Positions 28,541-38,109 of a stretch of 64,000 nucleotides of DNA are shown in pieces. Source of the stretch: an uncultured Gammaproteobacteria bacterium (GTDB lineage Bacteria; Patescibacteriota; Microgenomatia; Levybacterales; UBA12049); NCBI GenBank assembly GCA_964603935.1, contig CAZRWL010000001.1, positions 2,306 to 66,305 on the forward strand, read 5' to 3'. Each line of letters opens with the position of its first letter. Within the stretch, counting starts at the first letter, position 1. The notes below the pieces were generated by a model. It was not told where the DNA came from, did not search any database, and saw nothing but the letters and a program-made list of their open reading frames with translations. Position numbers and translations under genes: made by a program.

Positions 28541-29198
28541 TTTTTATAATTTCCAAAAATTCTAAGACACCAAGACTTGCTGTTCCAACCCCTACGCCGT
28601 CTATATGAGGCATTGCGGTAAAAGATGATACATTTCCGGGATTCACGCTCCCGCCATACAAAACAACTTTTACGGGATTGTTACTCTTTGTAAATTCAGC
28701 AACTTCATTGGCATTACGAGGATTATCCGGAATGCCCGTACCAATTGCCTCTATTGGCTCGTATAGCACAATATCTGTATTTTTGGGTACAAACGTATTT
28801 CTGCTTTGAATGCAAAAAATTGAAATTAAATTATTGGCTTTGGCTAAATTAACTTTACGTTCCAACATCTCATCGTTTTCTAAAAAATTTTTTCTTCTTT
28901 CGGAATGTCCAATAATTACATAGTCCGCTAATTCCTTTATTTGCTTTGCGTTGATTTCGCCGGTATACGCTCCTTCACTAAAAGGCGAGATGTTTTGCGC
29001 TCCCAGCTTTATATTCAATTTGTGATTTAAGATATAAGATTTAAGAATGGGAAGAAGCGTAAAAGGCGGACAAATAATGATTTCCTTCCCTGAAATTGAA
29101 AATTGAAAATTGAAAATTGAAAATTTATGGAGCCAATCTTTAGCTTCAGATTCGGTTTTATTGGACTTCCAATTGGCAATAATATAGAGTTTTTTCAT
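28533..29198 (-). CDS. tpiA: Triosephosphate isomerase with in-frame heptamer-repeat insertion
   Basis: ANWKSN, IIGHSERR, YEPIEAIGTG and YGGSV motifs. The inserted loop FSIFNFQFSISGKE is encoded by (GAAAATT)n at 29091-29126. Confidence 0.85.
   Translation of the reverse strand: MKKLYIIANWKSNKTESEAKDWLHKFSIFNFQFSISGKEIIICPPFTLLPILKSYILNHKLNIKLGAQNISPFSEGAYTGEINAKQIKELADYVIIGHSERRKNFLENDEMLERKVNLAKANNLISIFCIQSRNTFVPKNTDIVLYEPIEAIGTGIPDNPRNANEVAEFTKSNNPVKVVLYGGSVNPGNVSSFTAMPHIDGVGVGTASLGVLEFLEIIKNA
29091..29126. repeat. Heptanucleotide tandem repeat (GAAAATT)x5 (= AATTTTC on coding strand) inside tpiA
   Basis: tgaaattgaaaattgaaaattgaaaattgaaaattt. Confidence 0.9.
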
Positions 29199-29233
29199 GC
29201 TATAATTACAAAGCCGCGGATTTATTATACGCT

Positions 29234-31099
29234 ATGAATAAGGACTTTCTCAAGGACTTAAACCCTGAGCAGCAAAAGGCAGTTTTAGCTACTGAGGGTC
29301 CAATTATTATTCTGGCAGGCGCGGGCTCGGGAAAAACCCGTGTTCTAACTTACAAAGTCATGTACTTAACAAAAGAGAAAGATGTAAATCCTTTTAATAT
29401 TCTCATGATAACTTTTACCAATAAAGCAGCCAATGAGATGAAAGAACGCGTGCGGCAATCTCTTACTAATGACCAAAGACTAACGACTAGAGACCAGCCT
29501 GCAATCGCTACTTTTCATTCTCTCTGCGCGAAAATCTTAAGAATTGAAGGTAAATACATAGGTCTTCCCCCGCAATTTGCGATTTACGATACTCAAGACC
29601 AAATAGATGCAGTAAAAGAAGCTATGAGAAGGCTTGACATATCAATAAAAGATTACAAACCGTCATCAGTCTTAGCCAATATATCTCAAGCAAAAAATGA
29701 ACTTATAAACGAATCCGAATATCCAAAATACGCAAGGGGTAATTTTCAGGAAAAAGTTGCAAAAATTTATTTTATTTACCAAAAAGTTTTGTCTGAAAAT
29801 AGCGCGCTTGATTTTGACGATCTTCTTGCAAAAACGGTATTTTTATTTGAAAACAATCCTCGAATTCTTCAGAAATATCAGAATCGTTTTCAGTACATAT
29901 TAATTGACGAATATCAGGATACAAACAAAGCGCAATATATTTTGACCAAATATTTAGCTAAAAAATGGAATAATATTTGCGTTGTAGGAGATTTCTCTCA
30001 AAGCATTTATTCATGGAGAGGCGCTGACTTTACCAATCTCACTCGTTTTAAGGAAGATTTCAAAAATACGAAAACATTTTCCCTTTCTCAAAACTATCGC
30101 TCTACACAAAAAATCTTGGATGCTGCATCATCTGTAATCTCTAAAAATACTACTCATCCAGTTCTGACTCTTTGGACGGAAAATTCGGAAGGTGAAGAAG
30201 TTTCAATCTTTGAAGCGCGAAATGAACAACAGGAAATAGAATTTATTGTAAATCAAATTTCAACCCTTCGGCTCCGCTCAGAGCAAGATTTTAAATATTC
30301 GAATATTGCGGTACTGTATAGAACCAATGCTCAATCGCGAATTTTGGAAGAAATTTTCCTGCATAACAGCATTCCCTATATACTTATTGGGGGAACAAGG
30401 TTTTATGAAAGAAAAGAAATTAAAGACGTACTTGCTTATTTAAGAAATCTTAACAACAAAAGCGATAAAATTTCATTAAAGCGCATAGAAAAAATTGGCA
30501 AAAGAAAAATGGAAAAATATTTAGAATTTTCCCGTGAACGGGATCCCGATGCTTCGGGACAAGAAACTATCGAGCTTCTAGACGACGTCCTTAAACAAAC
30601 AGAATATCTTAAATTGTATGACGAAAAAGACGAAGAAGATAGACAAAGACTGGAGAATATTAAGGAACTTCGCTCTGTTGCCCTCAATTTTCCAGACTTA
30701 ACAAATTTCCTGGAAAATGTTTCCCTCGTAGAACAAGAGTATTTACCTGATAACGCCAATGGTCAAAACAAAAAAGATGCGGTAACTTTTATGACTTTAC
30801 ACGCAGCAAAAGGCTTGGAATTCCCTTATGTATTTATGATTGGGATGGAAGAAGGGTTATTTCCCCATTCCCGGTCGCTAATGGACAAACATGCGCTTGA
30901 AGAAGAGAGAAGACTTTGTTATGTTGGAATGACCAGAGCTCGCGAAAGACTTTTTTTAACTTATGCCAGAAGAAGAATTTTCTTTGGACAGAAAATTTCA
31001 AATGTTATTTCCAGATTCGTGTTGGAATTGCCAAGAAATGTAATCGAACAAAATATTCATGCAATCAGCAAGGAAAGCGATACGCAAGATTATTTATGA
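29234..31099 (+). CDS. pcrA: UvrD/PcrA-family ATP-dependent DNA helicase
   Basis: Walker A AGAGSGKT, LNPEQQKAV, and helicase motifs through the C-terminal domain. Confidence 0.85.
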   Translation: MNKDFLKDLNPEQQKAVLATEGPIIILAGAGSGKTRVLTYKVMYLTKEKDVNPFNILMITFTNKAANEMKERVRQSLTNDQRLTTRDQPAIATFHSLCAKILRIEGKYIGLPPQFAIYDTQDQIDAVKEAMRRLDISIKDYKPSSVLANISQAKNELINESEYPKYARGNFQEKVAKIYFIYQKVLSENSALDFDDLLAKTVFLFENNPRILQKYQNRFQYILIDEYQDTNKAQYILTKYLAKKWNNICVVGDFSQSIYSWRGADFTNLTRFKEDFKNTKTFSLSQNYRSTQKILDAASSVISKNTTHPVLTLWTENSEGEEVSIFEARNEQQEIEFIVNQISTLRLRSEQDFKYSNIAVLYRTNAQSRILEEIFLHNSIPYILIGGTRFYERKEIKDVLAYLRNLNNKSDKISLKRIEKIGKRKMEKYLEFSRERDPDASGQETIELLDDVLKQTEYLKLYDEKDEEDRQRLENIKELRSVALNFPDLTNFLENVSLVEQEYLPDNANGQNKKDAVTFMTLHAAKGLEFPYVFMIGMEEGLFPHSRSLMDKHALEEERRLCYVGMTRARERLFLTYARRRIFFGQKISNVISRFVLELPRNVIEQNIHAISKESDTQDYL

Positions 31100-32031
31100 A
31101 AGACGATTTGCCCAGTCATCCCCTGCAATCAAAGGAATGGGGAGAATTTAGAAAAAAAACAGAAGTCAAAGTAATTAGAATAGGTGGAGTTCAAATGACA
31201 GTCCACAAAATTCCCCATATGCCTTGGACAATCGGCTATGTACCAAAAGGACCTTTGCCTACGCAAGATATGATTTCCGATCTCAAAAAAATTGGCAAAC
31301 AGGAAAAATGCATTTTTATTCAACTAGAACCCAACGCCTCAAAAATTTCAAATTTCAAATTTCAAATTTCAAATTTGGGGCTTCGGCCGTCTGTTCATCC
31401 TCTTTTTACCAAATATACCTTCATTCTTGATCTGACAAAATCAGAAGAAGAATTATTAAAAGCAATGCATCCGAAAACTCGTTACAACATCAAAGTAGCG
31501 CTTAAACATGGTGTTAAAATTGTTGAAGATAATTCGGACGGGACATTTGAAACTTATTTAGATCTCACAAAAGAAACAACCAAGCGTCAAGGTTTTTATG
31601 CACACACAGAAATGTACCATCAGCTAATGTGGGATACTCTTAAAAATAAGATAGCTCACTTACTTTTGGCAAAATATGGGAAGCAAACGCTGGCGGCGTG
31701 GATTTTATTTGTTTACAAAGATACCCTTTATTACCCATATGGAGCTTCCTCAAGCTTACATAGAGAAACAATGGCATCCAATCTAATGATGTGGGAAGCA
31801 ATAAGGTTTGGAAAAAAATTAGGTCTTAAAAGATTTGACATGTGGGGAGCGCTAGAGCCAAATCCGGACAAGAATGATTCCTGGTATGGATTTCACAAAT
31901 TTAAAGAAGGGTATGGACCGCAACATGTGGAGTTTTTAGGAAGCTTCGACCTGATTATAAACCCCGTGCTTTATCAACTCTATAAAATATTAGACAAGAT
32001 TAGATGGATATTTCTAGGGCTTAAAAAATGA
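31096..32031 (+). CDS. FemAB-family peptidoglycan interpeptide-bridge aminoacyltransferase (start corrected; ATGA overlap with helicase stop)
   Basis: PLQSKEWGEFRK N-terminus and FemX-like GNAT-fold C-terminal half. The upstream extension of ORF 30916 lies inside the helicase gene and is rejected. Contains the in-frame repeat peptide KISNFKFQISNLG. Confidence 0.7.
   Translation: MKDDLPSHPLQSKEWGEFRKKTEVKVIRIGGVQMTVHKIPHMPWTIGYVPKGPLPTQDMISDLKKIGKQEKCIFIQLEPNASKISNFKFQISNLGLRPSVHPLFTKYTFILDLTKSEEELLKAMHPKTRYNIKVALKHGVKIVEDNSDGTFETYLDLTKETTKRQGFYAHTEMYHQLMWDTLKNKIAHLLLAKYGKQTLAAWILFVYKDTLYYPYGASSSLHRETMASNLMMWEAIRFGKKLGLKRFDMWGALEPNPDKNDSWYGFHKFKEGYGPQHVEFLGSFDLIINPVLYQLYKILDKIRWIFLGLKK
31341..31376. 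repeat. Heptanucleotide tandem repeat (AAATTTC)x5 inside FemAB-family gene
   Basis: aaaaatttcaaatttcaaatttcaaatttcaaattt, followed by ggggcttcggcc. Confidence 0.9.
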
Positions 32032-33395
32032 AAAGAATTATTCCTCTTTTTTTCTCAATTTCTCTTTTTTTAATAATAAAAATTGCCAACAATAGCGTTC
32101 GTCTTTCAGACACAAATATATATTTCAATATTGCCTACCAGATATCTCAAGGCAAACTTCTTTATAAAGACATATTTTTCTCTAATTTTCCTTTTTTTTC
32201 CTACGCGTCTTCTTTTTATTATATGTTGAGCGGAAAAAATATAGATTTTTTTTATCTTACATCTGCCATCGAAGTTTCCGTAATTACAATCTTCATATAT
32301 CTTATTGTTTATAGAAAAACGACAGACTATATGGTCTCAATAATAAGTTCTCTTTTGTATATTTTCTCCTTCATTGTCCTTTCGACCTCCGATCATCAGA
32401 CAGGAATCTTCACTGCTTCCCTGTTCGCAATATTGAGCTACTATTTTTTCCAAGAAAAAAAGATGCTGCTGTCGGGAATTTTTATTGCCATATCTTTTCT
32501 TACAAAAGCCTATCTTCTGCCCATCCTAATCTCCTTTTACATGTATTTAACGATCAAAAAAGAATGGAAAAAATCATTAAAATTCAGCATAGGATTGGGA
32601 GCAGTAGGATTAATAATATTGTTACCCTTTTTAATACAAGCTCCCAAAGCTTTTTTCTCCGATATATTTGGCTTTTCTTTAACTCGTCCGATTGGTCTTT
32701 CAAAAATAAACATAATGTGGTTTTTCATAGTAAAAGACTTTCCGCTTTTTGTTTTGTTATTGTTCAACATAATCAACATTAGAAGAAATGTCCTGTTTGG
32801 CTTAATGTCAATTTTGTCTATTATCTTTTTCGCAGGCTATAAAGACATCTATTATCTTTATCTTAATTTCCTGACACCCTTTCTCTGCATTTCTTTTTAT
32901 GAATTAGATTATTTCTTTAAAAATAAATTGAATTTACAGAAAATGGTAATTCCAACTATAATTTTAGCTTTCCTGTTATATAATTTGATTACCTACTTAA
33001 GCGCATATAGAAATTTAGGAAAACTTCCGGAAATTAATAAAGTTATAGGAATAATCCTTGAAGAAAAACCTGATTTTTTGTTTGGAGTAAATGATATTAC
33101 TCCGCTGCTGCTTTCGCTTACTAAAATTCCACCCCTTGAAAATGTCAGCGATGCACACGAATATTTTTTTACAAAGGGCGTTTATGACAGAAAACTCTTA
33201 ACAGAGAAAGCAATCTCGAACAAAACTGTTGTCATTGCTCATGGAGCAAATTATCCTCAATATGGAATCCAACAGGACATATTAGATAATATTTTTATAA
33301 AAGATTCTATCTATGAATCTTGCAAGATTATCCTAAGCGTTCCGGTTCAAGCTGAAGGAGATACCAACAGAATAAATCTATTTAAATGCTATTAA
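32028..33395 (+). CDS. Polytopic membrane protein, probable GT-C-like glycosyltransferase
   Basis: About 12 TM helices and a 4-bp overlap with the FemAB-family gene. No sharp motif, so the assignment is weak. Confidence 0.3.
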   Translation: MKRIIPLFFSISLFLIIKIANNSVRLSDTNIYFNIAYQISQGKLLYKDIFFSNFPFFSYASSFYYMLSGKNIDFFYLTSAIEVSVITIFIYLIVYRKTTDYMVSIISSLLYIFSFIVLSTSDHQTGIFTASLFAILSYYFFQEKKMLLSGIFIAISFLTKAYLLPILISFYMYLTIKKEWKKSLKFSIGLGAVGLIILLPFLIQAPKAFFSDIFGFSLTRPIGLSKINIMWFFIVKDFPLFVLLLFNIINIRRNVLFGLMSILSIIFFAGYKDIYYLYLNFLTPFLCISFYELDYFFKNKLNLQKMVIPTIILAFLLYNLITYLSAYRNLGKLPEINKVIGIILEEKPDFLFGVNDITPLLLSLTKIPPLENVSDAHEYFFTKGVYDRKLLTEKAISNKTVVIAHGANYPQYGIQQDILDNIFIKDSIYESCKIILSVPVQAEGDTNRINLFKCY

Positions 33396-33919
33396 ACTTT
33401 ATATAAATAGATATTATTTGCTTTATCGTAAGCAACAAGAGGCAAATTAGTTTTATATCTAAAACTTACCAATAAAGTCCCGCTTCTTAACTCCTTTAAA
33501 AATTTTGGCCTGAGTCTTTCCAGAGCTTTGGGAACAAGATAAACAAAAACTACGGATGCTGAAGAAATATTTACATGATGAAAATTTTTCTTAATAATTC
33601 TTACTTTCTCATCTAATCCGTTTAGTCTAAATCTAAGCTTGGAGAATAAGTATCGTAGAGGATCGATCTCTATACCAACTCCCCGCGCTCCAAATTCTTT
33701 TGCTGCAATGCTAAGAGCTGTCCCATCACCGCATCCCAAATCACAAACGACATCTTTCTTGCCAACTTTTGCCAACCGGCACATCGCGCGGGCTACCTTC
33801 TTATTTGTTCTCCACCAGGGAGCCCACGGACTGTCCGGCGGCCAAACCCAAGATAAGAGTACCAGAAGAAAAATTATTATTAATAATAAAACTATATTTA
33901 TAATCCACCACAATGTCAT
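33392..33919 (-). CDS. Membrane-anchored class I SAM-dependent methyltransferase
   Basis: N-terminal TM helix, then VVCDLGCGDGTALSIAAKEFGARGVGIEID motif I. Confidence 0.6.
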   Translation of the reverse strand: MTLWWIINIVLLLIIIFLLVLLSWVWPPDSPWAPWWRTNKKVARAMCRLAKVGKKDVVCDLGCGDGTALSIAAKEFGARGVGIEIDPLRYLFSKLRFRLNGLDEKVRIIKKNFHHVNISSASVVFVYLVPKALERLRPKFLKELRSGTLLVSFRYKTNLPLVAYDKANNIYLYKV

Positions 33920-33920
33920 A

Positions 33921-34226
33921 TTAAATTTTAAACATCACCCTCCCAACAATGTCTTTTTTTCTCACCCAGCCAAAATGCCTGCTATCTGTGCTTTCTCTCC
34001 TGTTGTCTCCGGTAACAAAAAAGATGTCTCCGTCAGCTGACGGCTTTATTTTTGCGATTCGTTTTATTATAAACTTTTCTCTCTTCAAAACAACAACATC
34101 TCTAATCCTGGGTTTATTTAAGAGATATGAAAGTCTATTCACCAAAATCCTATCGCCCACTCTAAATGCAGGAGTCATGCTATTACCTTTAATTTGAAAT
34201 TTAAAAAGAGGGAGTAAGCTAAACAC
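33921..34226 (-). CDS. sodX: S26-family signal-peptidase-like protease, putative Ni-SOD maturation peptidase SodX
   Basis: GNSMTPAF (catalytic Ser box), KRIAK (Lys box) and GDNRRESTDSRHFGWV (SPase box E). Immediately downstream of, and co-oriented with, a Ni-SOD precursor gene. Confidence 0.65.
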   Translation of the reverse strand: MFSLLPLFKFQIKGNSMTPAFRVGDRILVNRLSYLLNKPRIRDVVVLKREKFIIKRIAKIKPSADGDIFFVTGDNRRESTDSRHFGWVRKKDIVGRVMFKI

Positions 34227-34663
34227 TATTTCGCTTTAGACTTTACAAATATTCCTGCTATTTCATCTACCGCTTTCACCAATTCCTGGGCGGCTTGTAA
34301 ATTTACTTCCTGTTTATTCTTAGAACAAAGTTTTGCTGCTTGCCAAAATTTTTCGTGCAGATTAGAGAATCGAACTAAATGTTCAGGCTTAAAATAATCA
34401 GTCCATAATATTAAAAGTTCCTCTTTGCATCTTCTCGCATGTTCTTCTTTGGTTAGAACACAACGGACAAATTTACTTCTATCATTAACTGTGGGTTTCT
34501 CCGCAGGCAAGTCTTGAATTAATTGCACCATTTTTAAAACTGTTTGCGCTGCAATTTGGGCTGACTTCGGATCATAAATTCCGCAAGGCACATCACAATG
34601 AGCATAAGCTATCCTTACCGGAAGAAACTTTGAGATTATTATAGATATACTTCTCGGAATCAT
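34226..34663 (-). CDS. sodN: Nickel superoxide dismutase precursor (SodN) with N-terminal propeptide
   Basis: The propeptide MIPRSISIIISKFLPVRIAYA is followed by the Ni-hook HCDVPCGIYDP (His1-Cys2-x-x-Pro-Cys6-Gly-x-Tyr). About 120 aa of helical bundle follow. Confidence 0.8.
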   Translation of the reverse strand: MIPRSISIIISKFLPVRIAYAHCDVPCGIYDPKSAQIAAQTVLKMVQLIQDLPAEKPTVNDRSKFVRCVLTKEEHARRCKEELLILWTDYFKPEHLVRFSNLHEKFWQAAKLCSKNKQEVNLQAAQELVKAVDEIAGIFVKSKAK

Positions 34664-34708
34664 ATGACAATATAATACTAATCTCTTTTGAAAAAACTGT
34701 CAATTCGC

Positions 34709-35788
34709 CTAATCATCATTTAAATCTCTCTCAAATCTTACAAAACGCTTTATCGCTTCTGCAAATGGTACGATTGTCAATAAATATCTTAAAAAAATAA
34801 GCTGCTGAAGTACGTATGCAAAAATTCCGGAAATGTAAAATTTGCCCATTGCAAATGTGGCAAAATGGCCTCCCAAAGGAATTACATATCCCATATCTCG
34901 ATAGTCGAAAACTAAAAGAGGTTCGTTTCTGATAGATCTTAGTATGTTTTCTGCCGCAATCTTACCCATCTCTATAGCCTTCGGGGCAACACCAGGGAAA
35001 ATTGCATCTCCTATTGCAAAAACGTTCTTTAAGTTTTTTACTGCAAGGTTTTCGTCAATTTCAATCTTGCCTAAAAGATTATTCGATTTAACTCCTCCGG
35101 TCCAGACAAATACATCGTAAGGAAGCGTTTCTTCCCCTTTCAATTCAATTGCTTCTTTGGAAACTTTTTTTATATGCTTTCCAAACAGGAGATTCACTCC
35201 GCTTCTTTCCAATCTTTTCTTAGCGAGCATGGAAATTCCTTCCCCTAGCTCCTTTAACAGCATGGTTGAACCTTGAATAAGCGTAATGCCCAAATGACCT
35301 TTATGAATTGCCAGTTCGCAGGCAAGTTCTGTTCCCGAAAATCCTCCTCCACCTATTATAATTGTTTTGGCAATTTTCAAGGCATTTTTTATTTTCGTTG
35401 CGTCTTCCAATGTTTTCAGCGGAATTCCGTATTCCTTAATTCCGGGTATACCAAAGTCTGCAGATTCGCTTCCTAGCGCAAAAACCAAATAGTCATAAGA
35501 ATACTCCCCGTTGTTATCCAGGAAGATTTTTTGGCGCTCTGTATCTATTTTTTCAACATTTCCTTTAACCACTTCAAAGGCATTATTAAATATAGATTTG
35601 TATGGAATGGTTGCATTCCTTTCCGACTCTTCTGCAGCCGCAACCTCATAAAGCGACGGGGTAAAGGTATGAGAACTATTCCTGTCAATAATAATTACAT
35701 TTAAATCATAAGATCTGATTTTATTTTTAAGAGTAAGAGCAGTTCTTATTCCCGCAAATCCCCCTCCCAAAATAATAACTCTTTTCAT
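34709..35788 (-). CDS. FAD-dependent pyridine nucleotide-disulfide oxidoreductase (type II NADH dehydrogenase-like)
   Basis: N-terminal MKRVIILGGGFAGI Rossmann motif and a second GGGFSGTE dinucleotide-binding motif. Confidence 0.6.
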   Translation of the reverse strand: MKRVIILGGGFAGIRTALTLKNKIRSYDLNVIIIDRNSSHTFTPSLYEVAAAEESERNATIPYKSIFNNAFEVVKGNVEKIDTERQKIFLDNNGEYSYDYLVFALGSESADFGIPGIKEYGIPLKTLEDATKIKNALKIAKTIIIGGGGFSGTELACELAIHKGHLGITLIQGSTMLLKELGEGISMLAKKRLERSGVNLLFGKHIKKVSKEAIELKGEETLPYDVFVWTGGVKSNNLLGKIEIDENLAVKNLKNVFAIGDAIFPGVAPKAIEMGKIAAENILRSIRNEPLLVFDYRDMGYVIPLGGHFATFAMGKFYISGIFAYVLQQLIFLRYLLTIVPFAEAIKRFVRFERDLNDD

Positions 35789-35857
35789 CTATACCTTTCC
35801 TATCTTATCTATTCCATAAACTTTTCTCAAGATGTATACTGTAAAACAGAGGATTAT

Positions 35858-36799
35858 ATGATGCCTAATCATTTTGACGCTATATGTGTCGGGAATGCAA
35901 AAATAGACACTTTCCTTACGCTCCATGAGGCAAATTCCCACCTTCGCTTAATAAAAGATACTAATGAACTTTGTATAAAATTCGGAGAAAAAATAACTGT
36001 TGACAAAGCGGAAATCCTGCTTGGGGGAAATGCAGCGAATGTGGCGGTTGGCATCTCTCGTCTTGGATTAAATGCAGGCATTGTCGCAGAAATAGGTAAA
36101 GACGAATTTGCGCAGAAAATAATAAATACCTTGTCCAAGGAAAAAGTTGATGTCTCAAATGTTACCCAAACAGAAGGAGCGCAATCCTCTTTTTCCACGA
36201 TCATTAATTTTAAAAACGAAAGGACAATTTTCTCAGAACACGTAAAAAGACTGCATAATTTCGACCTTGACAATCTTTCAGCAAAATGGGTTTACTTAAC
36301 CTCTTTGGGAGAGGAATGGCGAAACGCCTACAATAAAGTCTTCCATTTCGTTAAAGAAAAACAGTGTTTACTCGCTTTTAATCCCGGTACACTGCAAATC
36401 AAAAGCGGTAAAAATAGCATAGAAAATCTCTTATCGATTACAAATCTCCTTTTTGTAAACAAGGAAGAAGGAGAAGAATTACTAAATTATCCTAAGGGGC
36501 AAAATACAATTCAAGAAATCATTGTAAATTTACAAAAACTCGGACCAAAGATAGTCGTGGTTACGGATGGAAAAAACGGATCTTACGCGATTGATGAAAA
36601 AGATGAAATTTTTAAGCAAGGGATAACTAAGGAAATAAAGGTTGTGGAAAAAACCGGAGCAGGAGATGCTTATTCATCGGGTTTCCTTTCCTCAATGATA
36701 CGCAATAAATCAATTACGGATGCTATGATCTGGGGCGCGAAAAATTCAGCGTCTGTTATACGTAAAGTCGGCGCTCAAGCCGGACTTCTTTATGATTGA
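35858..36799 (+). CDS. PfkB-family carbohydrate/nucleoside kinase (ribokinase-like)
   Basis: GGNAANVAVG and TGAGDAYSSGF motifs. Confidence 0.75.
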   Translation: MMPNHFDAICVGNAKIDTFLTLHEANSHLRLIKDTNELCIKFGEKITVDKAEILLGGNAANVAVGISRLGLNAGIVAEIGKDEFAQKIINTLSKEKVDVSNVTQTEGAQSSFSTIINFKNERTIFSEHVKRLHNFDLDNLSAKWVYLTSLGEEWRNAYNKVFHFVKEKQCLLAFNPGTLQIKSGKNSIENLLSITNLLFVNKEEGEELLNYPKGQNTIQEIIVNLQKLGPKIVVVTDGKNGSYAIDEKDEIFKQGITKEIKVVEKTGAGDAYSSGFLSSMIRNKSITDAMIWGAKNSASVIRKVGAQAGLLYD

Positions 36800-37652
36800 C
36801 AATCTAGGGTACAAAAAAAATCTTTTCATACTTCCATTCGACCACAGAGCATCATTTGCGAAAATGTTTGGATTTGCAAATTTAACTCTTGAGGAAAAAA
36901 ATTATATTGTTTCTGCCAAAAAACTTATCTATGAAGCTTTCAGAATGTCTCTCTCTCAAGGAATTTCAAAGAAAGAAGCCGCAATCTTGGTTGACGAAGA
37001 ATACGGAGATGAAATTTTAAAAGATGCCGGAAATCAAGGGATTACAACTATTTTAACTGCGGAAAAAAGCGGGCTCGCCTCGCCGCGAAGCGGGCAAGAA
37101 GGATTTAGCTTTGAGTATGGAGATAAATTTGCGCAGCATTTAGAAAAATATAAACCTACTTTTGCAAAAGCATTGATTCGATATAAACCGAATGCAGATT
37201 GGGTTAATTTAAAAGTCCTTTCGGATTATTGCCATACTCACGGATATAAGTTTTTGCTGGAAATGTTAATGGGATTAGACATTCCTAATGCGCAAAATTT
37301 TTTACCCGCAATCGAGGAGCTCAAAGAATTAGGTATTGAGCCTGATGTCTGGAAATTAGAAGGAATGGAAAATAAAAATGACTATGAACTTGTTGTTGCA
37401 AAAATTAGAGAAGGAGAAAGACAAAATGTAGGACTTGTCATCTTGGGACGCGGAGAAAGCAAGGAAAAAGTAGAACAGTGGATAATGGCTGGAAAAGATG
37501 TAAGCGGAGTGATAGGATTTGCAGTGGGCCGGACAATTTTTGCGGATTCCCTGAAAAAATACAAAGATGGTAAAATAGATAAAAATAAAGCAATAGAAAA
37601 AATTAGCGATAATTTTTTACATTTTTACCATATTTTTATAAATAAACAATGA
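36792..37652 (+). CDS. Conserved protein, possibly DUF2090/aldolase-like TIM-barrel partner of PfkB kinases
   Basis: LPFDHRASF N-terminus. Overlaps the PfkB gene by 8 bp. Assignment is from memory of the PfkB plus DUF2090 architecture and is weak. Confidence 0.3.
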   Translation: MIDNLGYKKNLFILPFDHRASFAKMFGFANLTLEEKNYIVSAKKLIYEAFRMSLSQGISKKEAAILVDEEYGDEILKDAGNQGITTILTAEKSGLASPRSGQEGFSFEYGDKFAQHLEKYKPTFAKALIRYKPNADWVNLKVLSDYCHTHGYKFLLEMLMGLDIPNAQNFLPAIEELKELGIEPDVWKLEGMENKNDYELVVAKIREGERQNVGLVILGRGESKEKVEQWIMAGKDVSGVIGFAVGRTIFADSLKKYKDGKIDKNKAIEKISDNFLHFYHIFINKQ

Positions 37653-38104
37653 AGATTTATTTGGGGACAGACCATGCGGGATTTGAGCTGAAGGAACAAA
37701 TTAAAGAATACCTCATTCAAGAACATTATGATGTTGTTGATTGCGGCGCTTACTCATTTGATAAAAATGATGACTATCCGGACTTTATCGGTAAAGTTGG
37801 AGAGAATGTTTCGAAAGATTTAAGCTCTCGCGGCGTTGTACTGGGGAAATCAGGGGCAGGAGAGTGCATTGTGGCTAATAAATATAAAAATGTGCGGGCA
37901 TTTCTTGCAGTCAATGAAAAAAATGTTAGGCTTGCAAGAGAACATAATGATGCAAATGTTATTTCTGTCGGATCAGAAATTGTTTCCCCTACCGAGACCA
38001 AAACGCTTATAAAACTTTTCCTTGAAACTCCATTTCCGGGAGACGAGCGCCATGCAAGAAGAATTAATAAAATTAAAGCGATTGAAGGAAGTCAGACTTC
38101 CTGA
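37649..38104 (+). CDS. rpiB: Ribose-5-phosphate isomerase B (RpiB/LacAB family)
   Basis: MKIYLGTDHAGFELKEQIKEYL..GKSGAGECIVANK. Confidence 0.85.
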   Translation: MKIYLGTDHAGFELKEQIKEYLIQEHYDVVDCGAYSFDKNDDYPDFIGKVGENVSKDLSSRGVVLGKSGAGECIVANKYKNVRAFLAVNEKNVRLAREHNDANVISVGSEIVSPTETKTLIKLFLETPFPGDERHARRINKIKAIEGSQTS

Positions 38105-38109
38105 AAAAA

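Noticed and set aside
30916-31095. N-terminal extension of ORF 30916-32031 (MLCWNDQ...)
   Set aside because: It lies entirely inside the UvrD/PcrA helicase gene in another frame. The FemAB-family homology begins at the ATG at 31096, which overlaps the helicase stop (ATGA).
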